From Candidatus Woesearchaeota archaeon (GTDB lineage Archaea; Nanobdellota; Nanobdellia; SCGC-AAA011-G17; PNOQ01): 47,983 nt of DNA. Within the stretch, counting starts at the first letter, position 1. Each line of letters starts with the position of its first letter. Positions 1-9,894 of the stretch are shown one piece after another. Location: positions 1 to 47,983 of the forward strand of contig JBDRML010000023.1 of NCBI GenBank assembly GCA_043812195.1, read 5' to 3'. The notes beneath the pieces are model-generated. The model worked only from the letters and a program-made list of their open reading frames with translations, searched no databases and was not told where the DNA came from. The position numbers and the translations under genes are program-made.

Positions 1-12
1 ATTTTCAACCAT
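1..12 (-). CDS. 5' end of a gene running off the left edge (MVEN...)
   Basis: ATG at 12 with GAGGT RBS (26-30) and a BRE/TATA promoter at 62-92 upstream. Confidence 0.45.
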
Positions 13-61
13 TTTTTTAGTTTTAACCTCTTAATTTCTTAATATTACACATATTTTTACC

Positions 62-92
62 TTTATAAACCTTTCTATTTTGTAACCACTTA
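62..92 (-). promoter_or_regulatory. Promoter with upstream TAAGTGGTTAC box, BRE and TATA
   Basis: Minus strand TAAGTGGTTACAAAATAGAAAGGTTTATAAA; near-identical copy at 23094-23123. Confidence 0.6.
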
Positions 93-109
93 AGAATAAC
101 AGCAAAACC

Positions 110-250
110 CTATTCTTTCAACTCTTCAGGCTTCTCCTCTCTAAAACCACACTGTTTACAATATTTCACAAAATACATTCCATCATCAAATTTATGCTGC
201 CCTTCATGTAAATCAGCTCCACATTCTGGACATTTATGAATCTCTTTCAT
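110..250 (-). CDS. Small zinc-ribbon protein (46 aa), not in the ORF track
   Basis: Hand translation MKEIHKCPECGADLHEGQHKFDDGMYFVKYCKQCGFREEKPEELKE; two CxxC pairs; ATGA overlap with the ppsA stop. Confidence 0.75.
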   Translation of the reverse strand: MKEIHKCPECGADLHEGQHKFDDGMYFVKYCKQCGFREEKPEELKE

Positions 251-2550
251 CTTCTAGCAGCTTCCAACATCAATTTTTTCTCTTCAGTAGCCACAGTTCT
301 CTTAATCTTATTAACAGCATCTCTATTTGCAGATATAGAATCAATTCCAACCCTAACTAAAAAACTAGCCATTTCTGGCTTAGAACCAGCCTGACCACAA
401 ATACTAGTAGTAACCCCAAACTTCTTACAAGTTTCTATAACCTTTTTCATCTCACCCAAAACAGCAGGATGCATCTCATTAAATTGTTTTTGAATTTTAG
501 CATTATTCCTATCAATACCTAAAGTAAGTTGCGTCAAATCATTAGTCCCAAAACTAACAAAATCTATACCCTCTTGACATAACTCTTCAATAATCCAACA
601 ACTAGCAGGAGTTTCAATCATAACACCAAACTGAACATCTTTTTGAGGTTCTAATCCAATTTCCCTCATTAATTCTTTAGCTTTTCTAACTTCATCAACA
701 TCAATAACAAATGGCAACATCACACCAACATTCTTAATTCCATCATCACGCAATCTTTTCACAGCTTCAAATTCAGCTTTCAAAACTTCGGGTTGATCTA
801 ATAATCTTCTAATAGCATGCCAGCCAATCATAGGGTCAGTTTCTTTAGGTTGATCTTCACTGCCTTTTAATTGAGTATATTCATCAGTTCTCATATCACT
901 ATTTCTAATCCAAACAGGTTTATCTCCAAATGCTTTAGCAATACCTCCAATACCATCATATAATAATTTGACATAATCCTCTTTTCTATTTTCTTTAATA
1001 TATTGATCAGGCCAAATTCCACCATTAGCAATCATAAATTCTAATCTAACCAAACCAACACCATCAACATTCATAGCAGCAGCTTTTTCAGCAAACTCAG
1101 GCAAATCACTAATTACTTTTATCTTAGTAATAGTTTCAACATCAATAGGAGTATCATCAATTTCAACAGACTCAACTTCAGCTCTGCCACCATAAACTTT
1201 CCCACCAGCACCATCAACAGTAACAATATCACCATCTTTTAATTTAGTTGTAGCTTCTTTAGTTCCAACAATAGCAGGAATTCCCATTTCTCTAGAAACA
1301 ATAGCAGCATGAGAAGTTAAACCACCCTCATCAGTAACAATAGCCACAGCTTTTTTCATTGTAGGAACCATATCAGGATTAGTCATTCCAGTAACTAAAA
1401 CATCACCTTCAACAACATTACCTAATTCACTCATATCCTTAACAATTTTTACAGGACCACTAGCAACACCAGGAGATGCGCCCATTCCTTCTAAAATCGC
1501 TTCACCTTTAAATTTCTCTCTTTCTCCAGAAGTAGCTTTAGCAATTCTTTTCTGTGTTGTTACAGGTCTGCTCTGAACCAAATAAACTCTATTCCCCTCA
1601 ATAGCAAACTCCATATCTTGAGGCTTACCATAAAATTCTTCAACTTTTTTAGCCATAGTAGCTAGAACTTTAATTTCTTCTTCATTCAGAATTTGTTTTT
1701 TACCTCTTTCTCCTAATTCTCTTTTTATATTTCTTCCCACATTAGGATCTCTCATAATCATCCATTCTTGAACATTAATTTTTTTCTTTATCAATTCTAA
1801 ACTCTCTTTATCTACAATATATTCATCAGGAGTAATAGAACCAGACACAACAGCTTCACCAAGACCAAATCCAGCTTCAATTATAATCTCATTCTCATTA
1901 TTAGTAGCAGGATTAATACTAAACATCACTCCAGCCTTTTCAGAATTAACCATTTTTTGAACTATAACAGAGATATAAACTTTAGAATGTTCAAATCCAT
2001 TCTCCTCTCTATAATAAATAGCCCTTCCAGTATACAAAGAAGCCCAGCACTGATGAACAGCCTGAATAACATTATCAACACCCCTAACATTCAAATATGT
2101 TGCTTGTTGGCCAGCAAATGAAGCCTCTGGCAAATCTTCAGCCGTAGCAGAACTTCTAACAGCAACAAAAGGAAAATCCCTCCCAGCTTTCACAAAATCA
2201 AGAGCCTTTTGATTCAATAAAACTTCTGGCCTAACATTCATATGCTCATAAGTTTTCTTAATATCATTCCTTACATTAAGAGGCATATCTGTTTCTAGAA
2301 TTAAATTCTGTATTTTCTGAGAAGAATTAGTTAATTGTGTAGTATCTTCAATATCTGTTTGCTCCAATATTTTATCTATCTTAGGTTGCAATCCAGATAA
2401 TTGAATAAATTCCTTATAAGCATCAGCAGTTACAGCAAAACCAGGGGGCACAGGAAACTTAGCATTATACATTTCTCCTAATGAAGCAGCTTTCCCCCCA
2501 ACAATTTCAACATCATTTTTACTTATATCTTTAAACTGAATTATATTCAT
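247..2550 (-). CDS. ppsA: Phosphoenolpyruvate synthase (pyruvate, water dikinase)
   Basis: VGGKAASLGEM, VAVRSSATAEDLPEASFAGQQ, GGLTSHAAIVSRE phospho-His motif, SFGTNDLTQ; ATG at 2550 with GAGGTG RBS and TAATG overlap. Confidence 0.97.
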   Translation of the reverse strand: MNIIQFKDISKNDVEIVGGKAASLGEMYNAKFPVPPGFAVTADAYKEFIQLSGLQPKIDKILEQTDIEDTTQLTNSSQKIQNLILETDMPLNVRNDIKKTYEHMNVRPEVLLNQKALDFVKAGRDFPFVAVRSSATAEDLPEASFAGQQATYLNVRGVDNVIQAVHQCWASLYTGRAIYYREENGFEHSKVYISVIVQKMVNSEKAGVMFSINPATNNENEIIIEAGFGLGEAVVSGSITPDEYIVDKESLELIKKKINVQEWMIMRDPNVGRNIKRELGERGKKQILNEEEIKVLATMAKKVEEFYGKPQDMEFAIEGNRVYLVQSRPVTTQKRIAKATSGEREKFKGEAILEGMGASPGVASGPVKIVKDMSELGNVVEGDVLVTGMTNPDMVPTMKKAVAIVTDEGGLTSHAAIVSREMGIPAIVGTKEATTKLKDGDIVTVDGAGGKVYGGRAEVESVEIDDTPIDVETITKIKVISDLPEFAEKAAAMNVDGVGLVRLEFMIANGGIWPDQYIKENRKEDYVKLLYDGIGGIAKAFGDKPVWIRNSDMRTDEYTQLKGSEDQPKETDPMIGWHAIRRLLDQPEVLKAEFEAVKRLRDDGIKNVGVMLPFVIDVDEVRKAKELMREIGLEPQKDVQFGVMIETPASCWIIEELCQEGIDFVSFGTNDLTQLTLGIDRNNAKIQKQFNEMHPAVLGEMKKVIETCKKFGVTTSICGQAGSKPEMASFLVRVGIDSISANRDAVNKIKRTVATEEKKLMLEAARR

Positions 2551-3635
2551 TACACACACACCTCAATCATATTTAATTCATCTTTTACCGAATTTTTACA
2601 TTTTAGAAATTCATAATTTATATCTTTTGATGCATTATATTTGAACATAGAGAAGGCCTTCAGGAATTGATGATATTTAGTCATATTCAAACGAATTAAT
2701 CCATACTTAAATATTTTTATAAAATTCTTTCTATTATGAATCACAATGTCATTTTTTTCTATTTTAGATTTTATATCTAATTCACCAAGTAATTTTTTAT
2801 AAATTTTTTTCTCATTATTATTTAAACAACCTATTCTCACACTGTCTAAACTCTTTGTTTTAGTTAATTTTACGTTGCCCTCTCCAGCTATTAAACCTTG
2901 CATATAATAAATAATCTCTTGAGTATTATTTAAACGAATTTCTATATTTTTTATTAAATTATAGATTAGTTGATACAGAATTATATTAGAATAATATACT
3001 TTCAAACATCCATATTGTGTAACTGGAAGACGGATGTTTTTATATTTTTTATTCCCAGTATAATAAAAAATTTTAATATCTTTTTGATTAGAATTTATTT
3101 TTGTATTTCTAAACCAATGTTTTAAAGCTTCACACTCTCTATTTTCTATTTCTTCTGAAAGTTCTATTTGTTTAAGTTTATAATTAAAAGTTATATTCCA
3201 CTTCCATTGTTCTGGATTTATACCAAACATCTTAAAAAAATGCAAAATAGTATTTATAGAATTTTTGTCACTATTTGAGAAAATTACATTAGAAAATCTT
3301 AACTTATATTTTGTCATTTCAGCTTGCAAAAGACCCATGGCATTAAGCGTTAATTTATCTAAAGGAATTTCTTTTGGGATTATTAGGTGTTTATACCTTT
3401 TTCCTAAATTCTTGTTTATGTGCTGATTCCTTCCAGCTGGCCAAGAATAAATTAAACAAAGTTTGTTATTAGGTATCAATACATGTTCTTGTGTATAAAA
3501 ACCGTAATATCTATCTTTAGTGTTTCTTATTAATAATTTTTTATTTTCATAGATTTCCAATTCATAAGTTTTATTTCCCGATTTAGTAAAAATATTTTGG
3601 GGAACAATATCCTTGAATTGTAAAATATTAGTCAT
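2550..3635 (-). CDS. Free-standing double-motif LAGLIDADG homing-endonuclease-like protein
   Basis: Motif-like helices NAMGLLQAEMTK (followed by VIFSNSD) and YMQGLIAGEGNV; basic, Lys/Ile/Asn-rich. Confidence 0.7.
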   Translation of the reverse strand: MTNILQFKDIVPQNIFTKSGNKTYELEIYENKKLLIRNTKDRYYGFYTQEHVLIPNNKLCLIYSWPAGRNQHINKNLGKRYKHLIIPKEIPLDKLTLNAMGLLQAEMTKYKLRFSNVIFSNSDKNSINTILHFFKMFGINPEQWKWNITFNYKLKQIELSEEIENRECEALKHWFRNTKINSNQKDIKIFYYTGNKKYKNIRLPVTQYGCLKVYYSNIILYQLIYNLIKNIEIRLNNTQEIIYYMQGLIAGEGNVKLTKTKSLDSVRIGCLNNNEKKIYKKLLGELDIKSKIEKNDIVIHNRKNFIKIFKYGLIRLNMTKYHQFLKAFSMFKYNASKDINYEFLKCKNSVKDELNMIEVCV

Positions 3636-3699
3636 TTTTCCTCTTTTTAATTTAACAACTTATCCAATTTTATAAAGGTTTTGATATTCAATAACTATG

Positions 3700-4146
3700 T
3701 TATACATACTTTTCTCCTTTTTTCTTTCTATTAAAAAACCATATGCTAAATAAAAATAAGAAAATAAATATTAAATATTCTAATCTGATTATATTTATAT
3801 CTATTTTTGGTTTTACAGCAAAGAACAAAAAAATGTTATGGGCAATACTCAAAAAAATTATTGCTATAAGAGCATTTATGAGTCTGTATTCGTGTCTTAT
3901 AATTTTATGTTTATATTCATGCTCAATTCTAGGGATCAGTTCTAAATTTTCTATACGATTATTTAATTTATTCCTATCTCTATGATGAACTTGATAATCT
4001 TGAAAATCGTAAGGATATTTTTTTCTATTTTTCGCCCAAATCTCTCTTTTTGCTATAGTTCTATGAACAGATTCATTACTAACTTTCCACCTTTTATACC
4101 CTTTATAGTCTATAAAAGTTTTTTCTTCAAATTCTTTTTTATCCAT
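3700..4146 (-). CDS. HNH endonuclease with two C-terminal transmembrane helices
   Basis: VHR...VHHRDRNKLNNRIENLELIPRIEHEYKH HNH signature; two hydrophobic C-terminal stretches; ATG 4146 preferred to the track start 4167. Confidence 0.8.
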   Translation of the reverse strand: MDKKEFEEKTFIDYKGYKRWKVSNESVHRTIAKREIWAKNRKKYPYDFQDYQVHHRDRNKLNNRIENLELIPRIEHEYKHKIIRHEYRLINALIAIIFLSIAHNIFLFFAVKPKIDINIIRLEYLIFIFLFLFSIWFFNRKKKGEKYV

Positions 4147-4174
4147 ATAATAAAAGAAACTAAACAACTATTTA

Positions 4175-4960
4175 TTATTTCCTATCTCCCTCAAAGAACT
4201 CAAAATAACTTATAATAGCTGCAGAGCCAAGAACTATAAAAAATATAAATTCTTCAAGAGGCATTAAATGCCCTAAAAAATTAAAGATATGAATAAAATT
4301 AGCTCCAGGAAACACCCACAAATCTAACTCTAAAGCAGTAAGTTCATGTAAACCAGTTAACATAACAAAATATGGTATAGTTTTAAAGTATTTAACCAGC
4401 ATTTTAGGAAAAAAAGAAAGAAAAGCTATACTAGGTAAAATCACAATAAATAAACCTAACCAAAGATAAGCATAAGGAATATTCAATATTTGGGGATTAG
4501 TAAATACTAAAATAAAAAATAACACTAAAATAATCATCAATACAAAAATCAAATATCTCATATTTTTATTTATTAATTCATTTTTTCCTTTATCTAAAAA
4601 ATGTTCATAAAAAATCACAACAGCATAAACTAATAAAAATCCCCACACAAAATCCTCAATTGGAGACAAACCAAATAATCTAACATCAAAAATAGTGCTT
4701 TTTATATACCAAGCTTTATCTATAGAAGCCAAGTAACCAACAATTATGGTCAAGGGTACAGAAAAAATTAAAGAAAACAAAGCAGTCTTAGCAATTCTCT
4801 TTCTGGTTCTAATAGACAAATACAAAGAAGGCAAGCCAAAAAATAACAAAGTAACAACCAAATAATTTGCATTAATCAATAAAGAAATAAAAGTCGCTAA
4901 GATTGGAAATAATATTAAAATAAATATATCAAACTTCAAAAATCTATTTTTATTGAACAT
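4175..4960 (-). CDS. Polytopic membrane protein with two lycopene-cyclase-like (CrtYc/Yd-type) repeats
   Basis: Repeated W...G..P(I/L)E(D/E)F motifs: RLFGLSPIEDFVWG and FLGHLMPLEEFIFF. Confidence 0.6.
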   Translation of the reverse strand: MFNKNRFLKFDIFILILFPILATFISLLINANYLVVTLLFFGLPSLYLSIRTRKRIAKTALFSLIFSVPLTIIVGYLASIDKAWYIKSTIFDVRLFGLSPIEDFVWGFLLVYAVVIFYEHFLDKGKNELINKNMRYLIFVLMIILVLFFILVFTNPQILNIPYAYLWLGLFIVILPSIAFLSFFPKMLVKYFKTIPYFVMLTGLHELTALELDLWVFPGANFIHIFNFLGHLMPLEEFIFFIVLGSAAIISYFEFFEGDRK

Positions 4961-5001
4961 TAATAAGATTTATATTAAAACATTTATATATTTATCTAAA
5001 C

Positions 5002-5604
5002 ATGTCAAAAGAATCTCTAATAAAATATTGGAAAGAGAATTTTAATTTTAAAGAAGAAATTATAGAAGCATTCAAAGAAATTTCAAGAGAAGATTTCATA
5101 CCAGTAGAAAACAGAGAATTAGCATATCAAGACATCGCACTACCAACTTTCAAAGCTCAAACAATATCACAACCAACCACAGTAATGATCATGACAAACG
5201 AATTAGAAATCAAACCAAATCAAAAAATCCTAGAGATAGGAACAGGCTCAGGTTATCAATCAGCAATCTTAAGTATTTTAGTAAAACCAAAAGGAGAAAT
5301 ATACACAACAGAAATAGTTCCAGAGCTAATAGATTTCGCAAAAGATAATCTGAAAAATTACAAGAACATCAAGATAATAAAAGCAAAAGGATTGGGCTAC
5401 AAAAAAGAAGCACCCTACGACAGAATAATAATCACAGCAGCCGCACAAGAAATCCCATATAAATTATTAGACCAACTGAATCCAAACGGCATCATGATAG
5501 TGCCAGTTGGGCCACAATATTCACAACAACTTTTAAAAATTACCAACGAAAAATCATTAAAAATAAAAAACTTAGGAGATTTTGTTTTCGTTCCATTAAG
5601 ATAA
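5002..5604 (+). CDS. pcm: Protein-L-isoaspartate O-methyltransferase
   Basis: QTISQP, ILEIGTGSGYQSA, APYDRIIITAAA, FVFVPL. Confidence 0.95.
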   Translation: MSKESLIKYWKENFNFKEEIIEAFKEISREDFIPVENRELAYQDIALPTFKAQTISQPTTVMIMTNELEIKPNQKILEIGTGSGYQSAILSILVKPKGEIYTTEIVPELIDFAKDNLKNYKNIKIIKAKGLGYKKEAPYDRIIITAAAQEIPYKLLDQLNPNGIMIVPVGPQYSQQLLKITNEKSLKIKNLGDFVFVPLR

Positions 5605-5667
5605 TCAAAAAAGATTTCAAAATCCAATTTTAGAAAGCTTATTAAATATGAATATCTAAATATTTGC

Positions 5668-7893
5668 ATGCAAAAAAAAGGGGAAATAGAATCTAAAGAT
5701 TCTAAAGTTTGCTTTCTTAGTAATTTTCCACCTAGAGAATGTGGAATAGCGACGTTCGCCAGAGACCTCGTGACGTCGATGAATAAAAGATATAATCCAG
5801 TTCTGAAATCAAAAGTCGTTGCTCTGAATGAAGACTCAGACTTTTACAATTATGACAACAGAGTGATCATCCAGATGAACAAAGAAGACATCAACGATTA
5901 CAAAGCCACTGCAAAAAAACTAAATAGATCTAAAAATATAAAATTAATTTGCGTCCAGCACGAGTTTGGTTTATTTGGTGGAAAATATGGAGATCATTTA
6001 ATAAAATTTCTAGAAAATGCAGATAAACCTGTTGTTGTAACTTTTCACAGCGTATTACCTAATCCAAATAAAGATAGAAGAAGAGTCGTAAGAGAAATAG
6101 CTTCAAACTCAGCAGCCATAATTGTTATGGCTAATACAGCAGTTGACATCTTAGAAAGAGATTACAACATAAGCAGAGGAAAGATACATGTTGTCTATCA
6201 CGGAATTCCAAATGTACCTTTCTATTCAAATGAAAGCTTCAAGAAAAAATTAAAATTAGACAATAGAACAGTACTTTCTACATTCGGCCTATTAAGTAAA
6301 GGAAAAGGAATAGAATATATGATTAAATCTTTACCATATTTAGTAGAAAAATATCCAAACATATTATATTTAATTATAGGAGAAACACACCCTGTAGTAA
6401 GAAAAGAAGAAGGAGAAAAATACAGAAACCAGCTAATAAATCTAACAAAGAAACTAGGATTAGAAAACAATGTCAAATTTTACAACAAATATCTTTCATT
6501 AAATGAGATAATTCAACATCTTCTTGCAACAGATATCTATGTTTGCACTAATTTAGAAAGAAATCAGATAGTTTCAGGAACTCTTTCTTATGCTTTGGGA
6601 TGTGGAAGACCAGTTATTTCAACTCCAAACTTATATGCAGAAGAGATATTAAGTGATAATAAAGGAATTTTAGCAAAATTCAAAGATCCAAAATCTTATG
6701 CAGACGCAATTAACAAAGTGTTATCAGATCCAAATTTAAAATATGAATTAGGAAAAAGAGCATACACATTTAGCAGAGGCATGATTTGGCAGAGTATAGC
6801 AGCCGGTTATTTAAATGTATTTAACAAAGTAGTTAAATTGAGAGGAGAAATAACAAAAAAATATCATTCTATAGATTTTAATCATCTAAACAGGTTAACA
6901 GATGATTTTGGATGCATTCAATTTTCAAAAGATGCTACGCCAGACAAAGAATCAGGATACACATTAGATGACAATGCTAGAGCACTAATTACAACAGTTA
7001 TGCACGATTCTTTATTTAAATCTGGAAAGCCATCAAAATTGACAGAAACATATCTAAGATTCCTAAAACATGCTCAAGAAAAAAATGGAAATTTCAAAAA
7101 TAACTTCCACAACGAAAACGAAACTCTAAATAGTCACAGCGAAGATGCTTTTGGAAGAGCAATTTGGGCTCTAGGTTATACAATAAGGAACTCAAAAGAT
7201 CCAAAAATAATCAAAACATCAAAAAAAATACTTAAAAAATCAATAGAAAGAATTCCAGAGCTTGAAAATTTAAGATCAAAATCTTTTGCAATTTTGGGTC
7301 TATGTCACTACTATCAAGAATGTCAAATGAAAAAAATTCTAAAAATAATAAAAGATTTAGCAAATTCATTAGTAGAATCATATGAAAAAGAATCATCTAA
7401 AAAATGGCAATGGTTTGAAAAAAGATTAACATATTCAAATTCCAAAATACCAGAAGCATTATTCTTTGCATACAAAGCAACCAAAAACAAAAAATATCTG
7501 GAAGTTGCTGAAAGAACTCTACATTTCTTATCAGATATAGTATTCATAAAAGAAGAATTAGTTCCAATAGGCCAAGAAGGATGGTACAAGAAAAATGGTA
7601 AGAGATCATTATTTGATCAACAACCAATAGACGCTTCATCAATGGTTCAGACATATCTAGCTGCATATTCAATTACAAAAGATAAAGATTACTATGAAAA
7701 AGCAGTGTTGGCATTCAATTGGTTCTTAGGTAGAAATCACTTAAAACAAATGGTTTACAATGAATCTACTGGTGGATGTTATGATGGAATCTTAAAAACA
7801 AATCTTAACCTAAATCAAGGAGCAGAATCTACAATCTCATATTTATTAGCAAGATTATCTTTAGAAAATATTAAAAGATCAAGACCACTTTAG
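5668..7893 (+). CDS. GT4 glycosyltransferase fused to a C-terminal (alpha/alpha)6 glycosidase-like domain
   Basis: PPRECGIATF, QHEFGLFGG, FGLLSKGKGIE, SGTLSYALG; C-terminal GYTLDDNARAL, FDQQPID, GGCYDG, NQGAEST. Confidence 0.85.
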   Translation: MQKKGEIESKDSKVCFLSNFPPRECGIATFARDLVTSMNKRYNPVLKSKVVALNEDSDFYNYDNRVIIQMNKEDINDYKATAKKLNRSKNIKLICVQHEFGLFGGKYGDHLIKFLENADKPVVVTFHSVLPNPNKDRRRVVREIASNSAAIIVMANTAVDILERDYNISRGKIHVVYHGIPNVPFYSNESFKKKLKLDNRTVLSTFGLLSKGKGIEYMIKSLPYLVEKYPNILYLIIGETHPVVRKEEGEKYRNQLINLTKKLGLENNVKFYNKYLSLNEIIQHLLATDIYVCTNLERNQIVSGTLSYALGCGRPVISTPNLYAEEILSDNKGILAKFKDPKSYADAINKVLSDPNLKYELGKRAYTFSRGMIWQSIAAGYLNVFNKVVKLRGEITKKYHSIDFNHLNRLTDDFGCIQFSKDATPDKESGYTLDDNARALITTVMHDSLFKSGKPSKLTETYLRFLKHAQEKNGNFKNNFHNENETLNSHSEDAFGRAIWALGYTIRNSKDPKIIKTSKKILKKSIERIPELENLRSKSFAILGLCHYYQECQMKKILKIIKDLANSLVESYEKESSKKWQWFEKRLTYSNSKIPEALFFAYKATKNKKYLEVAERTLHFLSDIVFIKEELVPIGQEGWYKKNGKRSLFDQQPIDASSMVQTYLAAYSITKDKDYYEKAVLAFNWFLGRNHLKQMVYNESTGGCYDGILKTNLNLNQGAESTISYLLARLSLENIKRSRPL

Positions 7894-8718
7894 ACCTTCA
7901 AAATCAAATTTAAAATCAATAACTTTTTTACCAAACTTCTTCTTCAATGTTCTCTTATCGCCAAAAAACAAAATACTTCCTCCACCACCACTCCCACAAA
8001 CTTTAGCACCAATAGCTCCAGATTTCATTCCACTATCAATAATTTTTCTTATATTCAAAGGAACAATACTCTTATGCAATTTAATTCTTTCTTTTGTCTC
8101 TTCGTTCATTAATTGAGCAAATTTATCTAAATCTTTTTTTAACAAAGCGTTTTTCATATCAATAGCTATTTTTTTTATCCTTAACAAATTCTTAGTATTC
8201 TTTCCCTTTCTCAAATTATCCATCATTGCTTTATTTGTGCTTGTAGTAAGATGTGGAATTCCAGTATAAATTAATACTAAATGATCTTCAAATTTCTTAA
8301 TAAAACTTTTAGGCAGTTTCAATCTATGAACCTTAACTTTGTCTTTTTTGAATTCAAAAAAATTAATACCCCCCAAAGCACCAGCGTATTGATCTTGTTT
8401 TCCACCAGTCTGTCCTATACTTTGTTCTAAATCATAAACTTGTTCAGCTAATTTTATTTTATCTCTGGTTTGTGAAATTAAAGTTAACCAAACCAAACTC
8501 ATAACACCAGAAGTTCCTAAACCAGACGAAGTAGGAATATTTCCTGAATATCTTAAACCAACACCTTTATCAGAAGCAACAAACTCTCCAGATATCCTTT
8601 TATTTATAGCAGCATTTAACACACAACCACCATATTTATCTTTAAATGGAGAAATGTCTGTAGTTCCTCCTGAAAAATCAATCCTTACCGGTGCCGATGC
8701 TTTTTTTATAACCTTCAT
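7879..8718 (-). CDS. GHMP-family sugar kinase (HddA/heptose-7-phosphate-kinase-like)
   Basis: APVRIDFSGGTTD, PTSSGLGTSG, GGKQDQY, GAKVCGSGGGG. Confidence 0.85.
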   Translation of the reverse strand: MKVIKKASAPVRIDFSGGTTDISPFKDKYGGCVLNAAINKRISGEFVASDKGVGLRYSGNIPTSSGLGTSGVMSLVWLTLISQTRDKIKLAEQVYDLEQSIGQTGGKQDQYAGALGGINFFEFKKDKVKVHRLKLPKSFIKKFEDHLVLIYTGIPHLTTSTNKAMMDNLRKGKNTKNLLRIKKIAIDMKNALLKKDLDKFAQLMNEETKERIKLHKSIVPLNIRKIIDSGMKSGAIGAKVCGSGGGGSILFFGDKRTLKKKFGKKVIDFKFDFEGLKWS

Positions 8719-9491
8719 TTTATTAATAGACTTGCACCCAAGATGCCTGGATGATTAAGTTTACTCCAAACTATTGGAGGCATTTTTGGCATAATGTTAT
8801 ATTTTTTTACATGTTTTCTGATAATTCTCAAAAATTTATCACCAGTCTCTTTAACACCGCCAGCCAACACAACAATTTCGGGATCAAAAACACTTATCAT
8901 TGAAGATATACCTTGTCCTAAAAATTTAGAGACTTTTTCCAATTTCTCCATATCATTTTTATCAAATAAATCTTTGATTTCAATTTTCTTTTCTTTCCAT
9001 AAATCTTCTAGATTCTTTTCACTATCTAATATCATATCACCAAACTCTCCAGCCATACTTTTGCCAACATACATTTCACCATTAATAATTATTCCACCCC
9101 CAATTCCAGTCCCTAATGTGAAAATAATGAAATTTTTTTTCTTTACACCCAATCTAGCTTCAGCCAAAGCAACACAATTAGCATCATTTTCAACTTCTAC
9201 CCTTTTTTTGAATTTTTTCTTAAGAAAACCTTTCAGATTAAAATTTTTCAAAGGGATATTTGGTGTATTTTTAATAATACCATCTTTCAAAGGGCCAGGT
9301 GCTGCAACCCCGATACCCTTCACATCTTTATCCATCAAATCAGAAATAGAGTCGACTAAAGCCTTGAGTAAATCTTTTTTATTCATAGGAGTTCTTATTT
9401 TAATATAATTAGAAATTTTACTCCCCTCCACAATACCGGCTCTTAAATAAGTTCCACCTAAATCCACTCCAATAATTTTATTTCCTGCCAT
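8715..9491 (-). CDS. ROK-family sugar kinase (glucokinase-like)
   Basis: GVDLGGT, ENDANCVALAE, TLGTGIGGG, AGEFG. Confidence 0.9.
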   Translation of the reverse strand: MAGNKIIGVDLGGTYLRAGIVEGSKISNYIKIRTPMNKKDLLKALVDSISDLMDKDVKGIGVAAPGPLKDGIIKNTPNIPLKNFNLKGFLKKKFKKRVEVENDANCVALAEARLGVKKKNFIIFTLGTGIGGGIIINGEMYVGKSMAGEFGDMILDSEKNLEDLWKEKKIEIKDLFDKNDMEKLEKVSKFLGQGISSMISVFDPEIVVLAGGVKETGDKFLRIIRKHVKKYNIMPKMPPIVWSKLNHPGILGASLLIK

Positions 9492-9816
9492 ATTTGTCCT
9501 CTAATCTAACTAAATCTTTTTCATCAAAGTTACCTAAAGATACTTCTAAAAATATAGCTTCTTTATTTCCACCAATTACTCTATGCGCAGTCTTTTTTGG
9601 AATATTAACTATCTCTCCTTTTTTAACTATCTTCTTTTTCTTTCCAACCTGCACAATTCCAGGAGTAAGAAAATACCACATTTCACTTCTATCCTTATGA
9701 TACTGTAGACTCAATTCTTGTTTAGGTTTAACACTAATTATCTTAACAGTACATTTTTTATTTAAAACGAACTGTTTAAAATTGCCCCAGGGCTTCTTCA
9801 CCTCTTTCATACCCAA
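9478..9816 (-). CDS. Cupin, type II mannose-6-phosphate isomerase domain
   Basis: KPWG, LSLQYHKDRSEMW, HRV, EVSLG.FDE.D.VRLEDKYGR. Confidence 0.85.
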   Translation of the reverse strand: MGMKEVKKPWGNFKQFVLNKKCTVKIISVKPKQELSLQYHKDRSEMWYFLTPGIVQVGKKKKIVKKGEIVNIPKKTAHRVIGGNKEAIFLEVSLGNFDEKDLVRLEDKYGRK

Positions 9817-9894
9817 AAAATTAAAATAGAGATTTAAATAACTTCTGTTTCTATTATAGAAACCTTTATTTAACTAAAAGCAATCACAAAATCT

